A DNA stretch of 64,000 nt from the NCBI GenBank assembly GCA_965219415.1, contig CBDCNP010000002.1, positions 2,336,001 to 2,400,000 on the forward strand, written 5' to 3'. This document shows positions 21,164 to 31,688 of this stretch, piece after piece. Each line of letters begins with the position of its first letter. Position 1 is the first letter of the stretch. This stretch comes from Candidatus Marinacidobacterales bacterium (lineage in GTDB: Bacteria > Acidobacteriota > Vicinamibacteria > Marinacidobacterales > DATDRI01). The notes beneath the pieces were generated by a model that saw only the letters and a list, made by a program, of their open reading frames with translations, did no database searches and was not told the origin of the DNA. Position numbers and translations under genes: made by a program.

Positions 21164-22140
21164 TAAAAGTCGATGTACTGGATTTGACTCATCTGTTGAG
21201 CGGCTTCGAAAATCGCGCCCGCCGCAGCCAGGTCCTGGACTGCGATTCCGGAGCTGTCAAAAACGGTGATCTGAGTATCGGAAATTCTACCGGGTGATTT
21301 TCCAAGCGTGACCAACCCCAAAGCACAGATGTCGTCGACTGAGTTTATGAGTCCATCGTTATAGGCATGCTGAAATTCACCGATAATAATGGATTGTTGG
21401 GGGTAGTCGGCAAACAGGCTCGCGCGTTTCAAAATAGCGGTATCGAGTTCGTACTTGCCCTTGTCATCAGCGCCCATCGCCGAAATATGAGTTCCTTCTC
21501 CGATCCATTCATTCCGAACGAGTGGTGACTCCGATGGGGTTACGGTAACGACAATATCGGAGCCACGAACGGCATCTTCCGCGCTCGTTAATCGGATGCT
21601 GACGTCCACGTCCTTCAAGCGATCGGCTATCCAGCTGGCGCGAGTCTCAGATCGTGTGAAAATTTTGATCAAAGAAAGCGCCCTGACTTCGGCCACTGCC
21701 CGAATTTCCTGCTCGGCCTGATGGCCGGCACCGATGACGCCCAACACCGCTGCGTCGGAACGAGCCAGACTGGAGACTGCAATTGCGTTCGCGGCAGCAG
21801 TCCGGTAACCGTTTAGATAGGATGCGCTCACTAAGACTTGTGGAAATCCGGTCTCGGGATCGAGCAGCAAGGTCGTCGAACCATGGGCAGGCAGGCCCTT
21901 ATCGAAATTACCGGCCCAGTATGTGCCGCACTTGAAGCCGACCATTTCATTTTCACCGTCAATACCTGATTTAATGGCAAATACTTCACCATTATGGAGG
22001 CCGGTGCCGAGGACGACATCGAACACCCGCGAGCGATCAATTGCAACCGCTTCGAATGCAGCGCGAACTAGATCGAAAGCGAGTTGACGGGTCACGATTT
22101 TCCGGACCGTCTCCTCGGAAACGATTGCAAGTTTAACCAT
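21163..22140 (-). CDS. ornithine cyclodeaminase/mu-crystallin family, BhcD (iminosuccinate reductase)-like
   Basis: RTAAA, IGAGHQA, HISAMGAD, FDSSGIAVQD. KCGTYWAGN...HGST resembles BhcD from recall. Confidence 0.85.
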   Translation of the reverse strand: MVKLAIVSEETVRKIVTRQLAFDLVRAAFEAVAIDRSRVFDVVLGTGLHNGEVFAIKSGIDGENEMVGFKCGTYWAGNFDKGLPAHGSTTLLLDPETGFPQVLVSASYLNGYRTAAANAIAVSSLARSDAAVLGVIGAGHQAEQEIRAVAEVRALSLIKIFTRSETRASWIADRLKDVDVSIRLTSAEDAVRGSDIVVTVTPSESPLVRNEWIGEGTHISAMGADDKGKYELDTAILKRASLFADYPQQSIIIGEFQHAYNDGLINSVDDICALGLVTLGKSPGRISDTQITVFDSSGIAVQDLAAAGAIFEAAQQMSQIQYIDF

Positions 22141-22250
22141 CGCTTGCGTCCTCGACCCGGATCGTTTTGTTATTCAACTTAACTACACCTAAGCAGTCGC
22201 GATATTGAAGATACCTTTGAGTGGCATGGACATATATAGACAGATCGGTT

Positions 22251-22440
22251 TGTGAGACCGGAGGGGATAGTCAACTACCACCCAGCCATTTGTCAAACTC
22301 GCTGACTTCAGCCTGAAATCTCTCGAAGTCCATCGGACTGAGATATCCTAGGGACGAGTGGAGCCGATGCGGGTACTTGGGCTCGTCGATGGCGGCCTGT
22401 TTAGCTCCGCACGACGGGCATAGCCCGCGGGCTTTACGAG
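22251..22440 (-). mobile_element. fused remnants of an IS3 3' end and an IS91-like zinc-binding domain
   Basis: HRLHSSLGYLSPMDFE (IS3 OrfB end); KARGLCPSCGAK (IS91-type Zn finger). Confidence 0.6.
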
Positions 22441-22926
22441 AGAAGCCAGATCGCCGACGGGCTCGATAAGGCCCGCCATCATTGATTAGTACATCAATAC
22501 CACGTCGGGAGTGAAACTCCTCGATGGCCGGGAGGCAGCGAATCACGGGTGTTGCTGTTGGGTGTCGAGAGCACAAACCCTTCAGCGAGGCGTTGCTGAA
22601 AGGGCGGGTGAGGCTGACCATCCCCGACGGTTGGTATGAAAACGTCTGTAATCCTCGAAGGCGAACCAGATTGTAATCAGAGTTGCCACTACAGCTATCA
22701 CCAAAAACAATTCAATCACGCTCTGCCACCCCCACGTTACAACCATTCTGCCACCTGCAATGAGATATAGCATTGAAGCGAAATAGGCAGCAGCATCTAC
22801 TAGCCCTACCAGCAGACCGCTGTGTTTTCCGCCAAATTCGTTAGAAAAGACACTCGGTGGCAGATAGCACGTTGGAGCAAGTGTGAATCCGTAAAAAAAC
22901 AGAATCACAATCGCAAGAGGAAATTT

Positions 22927-24361
22927 GAGTCAAGCCCATTCTTAGTTGAAACTCTCCACGGCTCACGTTTAAGCGACCTTCTTCTTCGATACGGTTGATG
23001 TCTTCGCCTCGATCTTCAGTTCCCGCTTGAGAGCTTCGCGAAGCTTGGGAAGATGGCGGTAGCCCACCACCTTCCTCAAGCGCGGTTCGATGTCTACGAG
23101 CGCCGTTGCCAACCAGCGCTGGCGTTGGCTTGAGTTCTTCCAGTGGTCGACCTTCGCGCAGCGTTCCTCGACGAGAGCATTGACGGACTCAAGGCAGTTC
23201 GTCGTCTTGAACGAACGGCCCAGCACCGCGTGCACGCCGAGTCGATGCAACGTCAGCGTCTCCTCGAGGCCTTCCTCCAGGCTGCCAGCTGCGGATTGGT
23301 TCCGCTCTTCTAACTCACCGTGGAGTTGCTCGAGCGCAGTGAGGGCCTCTTCGTACTCCGGCCTGTTGTAGGCCCACTGGAGCCGCTTGCGCCATGACGC
23401 CTGCTCGCCCTTGGACAGGTAGCTCACTACGTTTTCACGTTTGTGCCACTGGCAGCGTTGTATCAGGGCCCGCTTACGGAATGCCTTCTTGACTGCCGCT
23501 TGGAGACCCTTGCCGCCGTCGATGATCACCAGCAGACCCTGGGAGATATCGAGTCCCCGCTCGAGCAGTGAACGCAGGAACGGCGTCAACACCTGCGCGT
23601 TCTCCGTGTCCGTCTCCACGAAGCCCAAGAAGCGTTTTTCCCCGCAAAGCGTGATGCCCAGAGCCACGACCATCGTTGCCTCGGCGAATGTCTTCCCATC
23701 CAGAAACAGCGCCACCACATCCTCGCCGGTCAGATCCCGTTCCTGCATCTCCCGCAGCTTCGCAGCGCTCGCTTGCACGAACCCTCGGGACACCGTTGAG
23801 CTCGACAGCCCGATGGCGCCCGGAATCGCTTCCGCTGCCGCCTCGTAGTTGCGACAAGAGATTCCGTAGAGAACTCGTTTCAGCAGAAGATCATTCACCT
23901 CACCGCCGTGGCTCACCGCCTCGTAGCAGCGAAGCGGAATCTCTCCTCCCTCGATGCTCCGAACCCGTGGCACACGGATCGGTACCCGCTGGCCGCCAAG
24001 CCCTACCGTGCCCGGGTTGCTTCCGGGACGGCGACCGCGCTCCAGCTCGTCCTTGCGAGAGTATCGCTCTCCCGCCAACGCCTTCACTTCGTCGTCGAGC
24101 AACTCGTGAACGTGCATTAGACCAAGGGGGACCAACCAACGGATCATCTCTACCTTGGCGTCCAGCACGAGTTCCCCGTAATCCTCGTGCCTCACCATCT
24201 CGACCTCACCCAAACGACGCGACTTCTTGCGTTTCTTGACCGAACGTAGCAGACTTCCCATCTCGGCTCCTTTCTTCGCGGCTTGATTTTGTTTTGTCCA
24301 ACGCCATCAAACCACGGGGTTTGGAGCCGTTTCAATTCCCAACTAAGATTGGCACACTTTC
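22927..24361 (-). mobile_element. IS256-family element type A, complete
   Basis: Imperfect IRs GAGTCAAGCCCATTCTTAGTTG / GAAAGTGTGCCAATCTTAGTTG; 8-bp TSD GGAAATTT. Confidence 0.92.
22969..24261 (-). CDS. IS256 transposase (type A)
   Basis: LFLDG, IIDGGKGL, QRCQWHK, TTNCLES. Confidence 0.93.
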   Translation of the reverse strand: MGSLLRSVKKRKKSRRLGEVEMVRHEDYGELVLDAKVEMIRWLVPLGLMHVHELLDDEVKALAGERYSRKDELERGRRPGSNPGTVGLGGQRVPIRVPRVRSIEGGEIPLRCYEAVSHGGEVNDLLLKRVLYGISCRNYEAAAEAIPGAIGLSSSTVSRGFVQASAAKLREMQERDLTGEDVVALFLDGKTFAEATMVVALGITLCGEKRFLGFVETDTENAQVLTPFLRSLLERGLDISQGLLVIIDGGKGLQAAVKKAFRKRALIQRCQWHKRENVVSYLSKGEQASWRKRLQWAYNRPEYEEALTALEQLHGELEERNQSAAGSLEEGLEETLTLHRLGVHAVLGRSFKTTNCLESVNALVEERCAKVDHWKNSSQRQRWLATALVDIEPRLRKVVGYRHLPKLREALKRELKIEAKTSTVSKKKVA

Positions 24362-24809
24362 GGAAATTTGAAGGAATCCGGAATCATTGGCAGCTCCTTC
24401 AAACACCACAGTGCTGCAACGCAAACGCTGGTAGCTCCCAACAGTCCACCTAAGAGAGCGACTCTTCCCTTTCGTGAGACGCCGTCATATATGAATCCTT
24501 CCGCAACCAAGGCAAGCAAACATCCGAGTGGAAATGCGGAGGCCCAAGAAGCGGCCTGCGCAGATGATACCCCTTCAAAAGAAGCAAGATAAAGCGGCAG
24601 AAAAATAAGAAAATCCATCAATATAGTCGTACACATGAGACTCAAGCAGATTAGCCAGAAACGTCCGCTTCTTGCGAAAGCCCATAGTGCTTCGGCTGGA
24701 TTCTTGTCATCTAGAAAGTGAGGTGCGTTCTGTTCAGTATTGGGCTCGTCTTGTCTACCAGAGCCTTCTGGCGCGACTTGAGCTTGCTCCGGTTTGGTGG
24801 ACAAGTTGA

Positions 24810-25686
24810 CTATGCAAACCGGTTTGCTTCCAAGAGTCTAAGTTCGAACTCGATGGGACTGACGTTCCGGAGCGTTGAGTGCCGTCGCCTCGGGTTGTAG
24901 AAATTGGTGATGTAGTCGACGGTAGCCCATCGCGCCTGCGCTCGAGTCGGCAGAACGAGTCGGTAGAGAGATTCGGTTTTCAGCGTGCCGAAGAAACTCT
25001 CGACGACGGCATTGTCCCAGCAGTCGCCCTTTCGACTCATGCTGCACTCGATTCCGTGGCGTCGCAAGAACGCGCGGTAGTCTCTGCTCGCGTACTGCAC
25101 GCCACGGTCCGAATGATGAACCATCCCACGCGGTGGTCGTCGGTGACGCACCGCCATCTGAAGCGCCGAGACAGCGAGCTCTGCGGCGAAGATGATTCGC
25201 CACCGCCCAACCGATCACGCGCCTCGAAAATAGGTCCATGACCACGGCCAAATACAACCAGCCTTCCCACGTTCGGATGTAGGTGATGTCCGCAGCCCAG
25301 ACTTCGTTGGGGGTCTTCGGCAAGAACTGGCGCTGCACGAGGTCTCGAGCTACGGGGCGCGAGTGCGACGAATCCGTCGTCTTCCGAGAACGTCTCGGCA
25401 GGCGCGCGCACAGGCCTTTCTCTCTCATGATGCGAGCAACGCGCCGACGCCCAACAGACTCACCATCCGCACGGAGCTCGTCCACAACACGAGGACTTCC
25501 GTAAACTCCGCGGTTGGCTCGGAAGAACGCAACGATTTTTACGGACAGGCGCAGGTCATCTCGTTCACGGCGGCTGGGCTTCCGCCTCAGCCACGCATAG
25601 TAGCCGCTCCGAGAAACCTGGAGCAGCCGGCACATCCACGAAACGTGGAACTCCTCGCTTTGGATCCGAATCGCTGCGAACTTCAT
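24810..25686 (-). pseudogene. IS3 OrfB integrase (frameshifted)
   Basis: WAADITY, DLFSRRVIGW, HHSDRGVQY, DNAVVESFF split over two frames. Confidence 0.88.
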
Positions 25687-25994
25687 TTCTTCACGCTCGC
25701 GAAGTACGCCGCCGTTTTTTTTAGAAAGTCACGCTCCATCCGAAGCTCCCGAACTTCCTTTCGGAAGCCACGCAGTTCTTCGAGTTCCTCGCTCGTCAGG
25801 GTTCCGGGACCGCCTTCACCACGGTCGATCCTGTCCTGCCTCACCCAGGCATAAAGCGACGTCTCCGTCACATCGATATCCCGGGCTACCACGCTCACTG
25901 CCTTGCCGCTCTCCCGAACCAGCTGCACTGCCTCTGCTCGAAATTCCTTCGTGAACTGCCGACGTTTCTTTTTTTCTGCCATCTGAACACCCAT
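25683..25994 (-). CDS. IS3 OrfA
   Basis: RRQFTKEFRAEAV HTH, LRMERDFLKK; ATGA overlap with orfB. Confidence 0.9.
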   Translation of the reverse strand: MGVQMAEKKKRRQFTKEFRAEAVQLVRESGKAVSVVARDIDVTETSLYAWVRQDRIDRGEGGPGTLTSEELEELRGFRKEVRELRMERDFLKKTAAYFASVKK

Positions 25995-26606
25995 ATATCT
26001 CTCCGTTCGTTAGGTGTCCACTGAAACGAAGCAGGCCCAACTTGATCCTCCAAAGCTGGAAGCCCAACATCCTTCGGGTGCGCCTTAAGATAGAAAAAGA
26101 TACCTGCTGCTACGCATTAGACTCATGACCCCGGCAGTACGAAATACATTTTGCCAGGAGAACACTGTGAGCAGCGTGCCCAAAAATATCAGTGATATGG
26201 AAGCACTCAGACGAGAACTGGTTGAAAGCGCGCTCCACACTCGGCCATATTTTGTCGACGGATACCATACCGAAATGATACTTGCCATGGAGGGCCAGCT
26301 TGCTGCCATTGCAAACAGCATAAAGAAATTTATAGTCGCAAAGAGGGTAGTAGAGGTGCCCCAGCTAAAGGTAACTGTGAGGAAGGCAGTGACAGAGAGA
26401 GCCATTAAGAATACTCTCCGTCCACCGAGCCAATCTGCAATCACTCCGGTAAGGAGTTTTCCCGCAATCATTCCCGCCATTCCCCAGGCTGCAATATCCC
26501 CGTAGCTGGCTTCGTCAAGTTCGAGGTTGGGATCGTTTATCATTTCAGGGCTTGCGACTGCGAGAGCTGTCCTGGAGAGAATGAATGCCATATACCCGAT
26601 ATACAT

Positions 26607-27974
26607 GGATCCGTCCCGCTTCCCGTGGAAATAAGAATGGCGTAACCTCCGGTTAAGCAAAACGAAACCGCGCCTGGAAAGGCGAGGAGGAGGATTACGC
26701 CATGAAGAAGCCTACCACCATATCGAAGGAGTCTGTAAGCGAGTACCGGGAGTTCGTCCAACTTCGGCTGCGTAAGCGGGTACTGGAGGCGATCGAGGTC
26801 GTGCTCGAGGAAGAAGTCAACCAAGCGCTGGGGGTGTGGTGGCTACGAGCGTGCGGAAGACCGCCGTGGATATCGCAACGGAGCCGAAACCCGTCGCGTG
26901 ACGACGTCGGTGGGAACTCGCGAGCTCCGGGTGCCACGAGCCCGCGTGCGAGACGAGGAAACGGGAGAAACGACAGAGTTCGGGAGCGAGCTGTTGCCCC
27001 GGTACGCGCGCCGGACTCGTGAGGTCGACGAGGCGCTCTTGGGGACGTACTTGTCGGGCGCGAATAGCCGCCGGGTCCGCAAAGCGCTGAAACCACTGCT
27101 CGGTGAGGAGCACCTATCGAAGAGCGCGGTGTCTCGCGTGGTTAGCCGGCTGAAGGAGCGCTTCGAGGAATGGCAGAACCGTGCTCTCAGCGAGGAGGTC
27201 TACGCGATCGTTTACCTGGACGGCTTCCACCTGAAAGTGCGGATGGCGAAACGTGTGATCAGCGTACCCGTACTGGCCGCGCTCGGGGTCGCGCCAGACG
27301 GGCACAAACGTCTGTTGTCATTGCGTCTGGCGGTGAGCGAAGCCTCGACGCATTGGGGCTCCGTGCTGGAGGGACTCCAGGCTCGAGGACTCCGGGCTCC
27401 CAAGCTAGTGATCAGCGACGGCCACAAGGGGCTGACGAAAGCGCTGGAGAAGTGGCCGGGGTGCCGGTTGCAGCGATGTACCGAGCACAAGCGCGCCAAC
27501 TTGCTCCAACATTGCCCGGCGCACGCACGCCGTGAGCTCCGGCGTGACTACAACCGGATCGTCTACGCCAAGAACGGGTTCGATGCTCGCAAAGCCTATG
27601 ACGAGCTCGTCGCCAAGTGGACGCCTCTCGCGCCGGCCGTCGTCCGAAGCCTAGAGGAGGCCGGTAATCAGCTGCTGACCTTCTACGAATTCCCTCGTGC
27701 CATGTGGAAATCGATTCGAACGATCAATGCTCTGGAGAATCTCAACCGCGAGTTTCGACGCCGGACGAAAACCCAAGCGTCGTTCTCCAGCGAGGAGTCC
27801 GCGGTCGCTTTGCTGTTTGGGCTTATCGCCTCTGGCCAGATTCAACTACGACGCATCGACGGCTACCAACGTCTGAGCGAGGTTCTCGAACGCGCGGAGG
27901 TTGCCGCCTGATATGATACTCTGATGACGGAGTGGAGGGCGCCGTTCTTTTTCCACGGACCTCGGGACACATCC
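26607..27974 (+). mobile_element. IS256-family element type B; transposase 26702-27911 frameshifted near 26833
   Basis: IRs GGATCCGTCCCGCTTCCCGTGGAAA / GGATGTGTCCCGAGGTCCGTGGAAA; YLDG, ISDGHKGL, QRCTEHK; flanking repeat TACAT. Confidence 0.9.
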
Positions 27975-28062
27975 TACATGCTACCGAGGATAGTGAACTC
28001 CCAATGTGTTCTGTTCTGAGCCAACGCATTGTTTGGGATCCGCGACTGAGGGAGCATCCACC

Positions 28063-28956
28063 TCAACCCAGCGGCTCGAGACAGGCCGCGAGTTCACGCG
28101 CCTCGTCGACTGATAGGTTTTGCAGCGGCGCGCGCACGCCACCGCCGTCGAAGCCACGCTGACGGGAGGCAGCCTTGACCTTGGCAACATAGTTGTCTCT
28201 CCAGATGCAGAGCAGCGACGGGATCATGCGCGACCACAGTTCCATTGCGCCCGCGATATCATTGCTGGCGACCAGTTCAAACAGGCGCACGCTCTCGCGC
28301 GGCATGTAGTTTGCGGCACCCCAGATACATCCTTGCGCCCCGGCGATGAAGCTGAAAACGGTATTGGGATCGCAACCGTTCAACACCATGTATCCGGTGG
28401 CGAGGTATTCCTGGTGGGTGGTCAGGTCGCCGGCGCTGTCCTTGATGTAGTTGAAATGCTCAAGCTGGTTCAGGCGTTTGAACAGGTCGACCGAAATACC
28501 GATGCCGGTGGTTTGCGGGATGTTATAGCCGATGATGTCGGTTTCGACCGCGGCATCGATGGCCTGGTAAAACGCAAACAACCCGTCATCGTCTTCGGGG
28601 CCTTCGAGGTAGGGCGGCAAGATCATCAACGCATCGGCGCCAAGTCCCTGAGCATGTTTGCTGCGCTCGATCACTTCGTCGAGCACCAGCGCCGAGGTCT
28701 GGCAAATCAGTTTACAGCGTCCGTCGATACACCCGGCGCCGAGCTCGTAAAGCTGATTGCATTCCTTACGGGTCAGGTAGGGATGCTGCCCGGTGCCGGC
28801 ACCGAGCACCAGCCCATGGACGCCGGCGTCGATATAGAGGTCGATTAATTCTTCCCAGCGTGCATAGTCGATGCTGCCGTCGGCATGCATCGGGGTTTGC
28901 ATCGCCAGGTTGATTCCGGTCAGTTCGCTCAATGATTTCTCCGTCTGTCCTGGCAC
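28063..28956 (-). CDS. dihydrodipicolinate synthase (DHDPS/NAL) family aldolase/dehydratase
   Basis: TPM..DGSID, GTGQ, YNIP, IKDS (Schiff-base Lys), VRAPL. Confidence 0.88.
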   Translation of the reverse strand: MPGQTEKSLSELTGINLAMQTPMHADGSIDYARWEELIDLYIDAGVHGLVLGAGTGQHPYLTRKECNQLYELGAGCIDGRCKLICQTSALVLDEVIERSKHAQGLGADALMILPPYLEGPEDDDGLFAFYQAIDAAVETDIIGYNIPQTTGIGISVDLFKRLNQLEHFNYIKDSAGDLTTHQEYLATGYMVLNGCDPNTVFSFIAGAQGCIWGAANYMPRESVRLFELVASNDIAGAMELWSRMIPSLLCIWRDNYVAKVKAASRQRGFDGGGVRAPLQNLSVDEARELAACLEPLG

Positions 28957-29007
28957 CTCTCGTGTGCCTCCAGTACCAGCTGAGGTACATCGCGTTGTAG
29001 TTGGCTT

Positions 29008-29982
29008 TCAGTTGTCATTTTTGATCTGCCGAGTGACCATCTTGGCGATCTGAATGTCCTGGATTGCGACTCCGGTCAGATCCGCCACCGTGATTTGGTC
29101 TTCGCTGGTTCGACCGATTTCGGGGTTCTTGATCACGTTGCCCAATTCAAGAATAGAAGCCTCTTCGATCTTGTTATCTTTCACCGCATGGAAGCACTCG
29201 CCGTGATCGACACATTGTGAAACGCTGTCCGCCACCACTCGATCGGCCTTTGCCAGGAGCTCGGCCTCCAGCTCCTCTTTGCCGTCTGCATCCGATCCCA
29301 TGGCGGTGATGTGCGTTCCCTTTTGGACCTGATCGGCCCGAATCAAAGGCTCCTTAGCCGATGTTGCGGTTACGATGAGGTTGCATTGCGAAAGCAGGTC
29401 ATCGATTTGCGTTGCCGCTCTTAGGTCCAGCCCCCAAGCCTGGATAGCTTCTCTCGCCTGTAGATCCTCAATCATTCCTTTCACTTTGTTCGCGTCTCTG
29501 CCCCATATGAAACAGCTTTGACAGTCAACAACATCCTTCAACAGTTCGAGTTGCATCCTCGCCTGCACGCCGGTGCCGACGATCCCTATGTGTTGGACGT
29601 TGTCGGGAGCCAGATGCTTCGCGGCTACCGCCCCGGCCGCTGCGGTGCGCATATCGGTGAGCCAGCACTCGTCGTGGAGAATAAGTTTGAGGTGCCCCGT
29701 CTTCTGACTGAATACCAGAATCACTCCGTCGGCAACCGGTAAATCCAGTTCGGCATTGTTGTAAAAGCCGGATGCCATCTTGAGAACATATAACTCATCG
29801 CCGGTTACGAAGCCGTATTTAATATGAACGTCACCTGGCGGTTCATCGAAATGTAAGAAACCTACAGGCGGAACGACCACCTTATCTTCGGAATAGAGAA
29901 CGAAACCGGCTTCGATCTCCCTGATGAGCTGCGGGATATCGATCAAACGCTTGATCTCATCGAGTTTGAGTACTTTAGGCAT
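29008..29982 (-). CDS. ornithine cyclodeaminase/mu-crystallin family protein (second paralogue)
   Basis: RBS AGGAGG; GDVHIKYG, RTAAAG, GTGVQA, HITAMGSD, DLTGVAIQD. Confidence 0.9.
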   Translation of the reverse strand: MPKVLKLDEIKRLIDIPQLIREIEAGFVLYSEDKVVVPPVGFLHFDEPPGDVHIKYGFVTGDELYVLKMASGFYNNAELDLPVADGVILVFSQKTGHLKLILHDECWLTDMRTAAAGAVAAKHLAPDNVQHIGIVGTGVQARMQLELLKDVVDCQSCFIWGRDANKVKGMIEDLQAREAIQAWGLDLRAATQIDDLLSQCNLIVTATSAKEPLIRADQVQKGTHITAMGSDADGKEELEAELLAKADRVVADSVSQCVDHGECFHAVKDNKIEEASILELGNVIKNPEIGRTSEDQITVADLTGVAIQDIQIAKMVTRQIKNDN

Positions 29983-29999
29983 TGTCGAAACCCTCCTTT

Positions 30000-30420
30000 T
30001 TAGCCTCGGTTGTCGCCGCTGAGACCGCTGTAGACTGAAATGATCACGCCTGCGATCAGCATCTTTCCGCCCCAGTCGCCGAACACGTCGGTCGCAACCG
30101 CCACCAGCGGTGCTTCGGTGTTGTTTGCAAGCTCGGGCCCGTTGAACGCATAAAATAGAAGGATCGTACTCGCACCGATGCTTGCAGCGGAGGGCCACTC
30201 GGGAATGGCGAGGTTCTCGACGTTTGTCACAAATAGCCCGGCGCCCAGCAGTAACAGTAGCGGCACCAGCTTGGCCAGCGTGTTGAAAATGTATAAACGC
30301 ATTCCCGCTTTGACGCCCCGGACGTTGACAGCAGCCAGGAACGTCAACAACGCTATGACACCGGTTCCAATCACGCGTACCAGTCCTTCGTCTTGCACGC
30401 TATCCGACACGGCTATGAAT
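30000..30420 (-). pseudogene. APC amino acid permease remnant with several internal deletions
   Basis: GLVRVIG | VNVRGVKAG...TLAKLVPL | FYAFNGPE | APLVAVATDVFG: non-contiguous parts of a roughly 430-aa permease. Confidence 0.75.
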
Positions 30421-30481
30421 TACCCCTTGTTGCTCTTAATTGTCGGCAGACTTTGTATCGCGTCAACGTTCTACAGGCGTT

Positions 30482-31594
30482 CTACAGGCGATCGCGCGCG
30501 GTGTGCAAATAATAATCGACCACCTCGCCAGCGGTATCAATCACGTGGATGCCCGGGTAGCGGATCGTTGTGGGACAAATGTGACCCGGCACCGCCAGGA
30601 AATAGTCGCCCACACGAGGCAGTTCACCCGAGATCCGGAAGACTCCATGCTCTTCGTCCTGCAATATGAGTTGCGCCCCGTCCTGGCCAAGCAAGTAAGC
30701 CCTTTCCTCGACCGGAAGATCTCCACTGATTCCCTTGTATCCCAGGTCCGTGGTGATCGTCCCCGCGTCCGGATACCGGTCCACCACTTGGGTCAGGATC
30801 AGGGCAGCGCAGCGAAACGGAATGTCGGGCATCGCCGTACTAAAGCCCGCGTCCCAGTAGATAAATGTCCCCGGTGAACCGTACATGCCCTCGGTGCGCG
30901 CGTAGTAGGCAAACGAAAAGCTGCCGCCGGCGACCACGCACGGAACGGGCATCCCCGCCGACTCGATCTGCTGCTGAAACTCCCGAAGCGACTCGATGTT
31001 TCGCTGCGCTGCCGCCTCGCGTTGAACCGCGTCGCTAAAGTTATCGTGTCCGTCGTACAAGTGAAATCCGGATGGCTGTAAGAACTGGTGTGCGTCGATT
31101 TCCCGATACAACTTTGCGGCATCCGGGCCGAATCCAATTCCCGTACGGTGCATGCCGGCATCCAGATCCAGCATCGCGCGCAGCGACTGTTTTCGGCGTG
31201 CGGCGACGGTGGCCAGCACGTCGAGGTGAAACGGGGTACTGACGATGGTGGCGATCCACGCGTCCGGGTAGGACGAGGTCAGGTCGCAGAGACGCTCGAT
31301 TTTGCGCTCCTGGACCTGAGGGTAGGAGAGAATCGCCTTGCGTGCTCCGGCCTGTAGCACCGTTTCCAGTTCCTTCAACGTGGCGCACTTGAACCCGTCA
31401 ATGCCAGCTTCGACCTGTTTGCGCGCGACCGCCTCCGATTTATGCGTCTTGACGTGGGCGATCAGATTCTGGCCGCCACCCACCATTTCGCAGACACTTC
31501 GAATATTGTGGTCCATCATGTCCTGAAAAAGCAGCATGGTCGGCGTTTCCAACGCGTCCGGGTCGGCGACGCAATAATCCTGGTAGGTGATCAT
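30482..31594 (-). CDS. D-threonine aldolase/DSD1-like fold-III PLP-dependent enzyme
   Basis: HVKTHK (PLP Lys), GMHRTG, HLYDGH, EEHG, PGHICPT. Confidence 0.88.
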   Translation of the reverse strand: MITYQDYCVADPDALETPTMLLFQDMMDHNIRSVCEMVGGGQNLIAHVKTHKSEAVARKQVEAGIDGFKCATLKELETVLQAGARKAILSYPQVQERKIERLCDLTSSYPDAWIATIVSTPFHLDVLATVAARRKQSLRAMLDLDAGMHRTGIGFGPDAAKLYREIDAHQFLQPSGFHLYDGHDNFSDAVQREAAAQRNIESLREFQQQIESAGMPVPCVVAGGSFSFAYYARTEGMYGSPGTFIYWDAGFSTAMPDIPFRCAALILTQVVDRYPDAGTITTDLGYKGISGDLPVEERAYLLGQDGAQLILQDEEHGVFRISGELPRVGDYFLAVPGHICPTTIRYPGIHVIDTAGEVVDYYLHTARDRL

Positions 31595-31603
31595 CGATAC
31601 ATT

Positions 31604-31688
31604 CCTTAAGAGTCGATGTACTGGATTTGACTCATCTGTTGAGCGGCTTCGAAAATCGCGTCCGCCACAGCCAAGTCCTGGATTGCGG
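31604..31688 (-). pseudogene. 3' remnant of a third OCD gene, near-identical to 21163-21245
   Basis: ttaagagtcgatgtactggatttgactcatctgttgagcggcttcgaaaatcgcg matches 21163 onward. Confidence 0.85.

Larger units (their letters stand above)
24779..26039 (-). mobile_element. IS3-family element, complete ends; orfB frameshifted near 25180
   Basis: TG...CA IRs (TGAGCTTGCTCCGGTTTGGTGGACA / TGGGCCTGCTTCGTTTCAGTGGACA), 3-bp TSD ACT, A8 slippery site at 25715-25722. Confidence 0.92.
22582..28025 (-). pseudogene. MFS transporter (GlpT/UhpT-like), split by three IS insertions
   Basis: Fragments HWEFTILGSM|YIGYMAF...GVIADWLGGRR...|NPAEALWAF...|...GLLVGLVDAAAY rejoin after removing the ISs and their TSDs; extra 1-nt frameshift near 26118. 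Confidence 0.85.
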
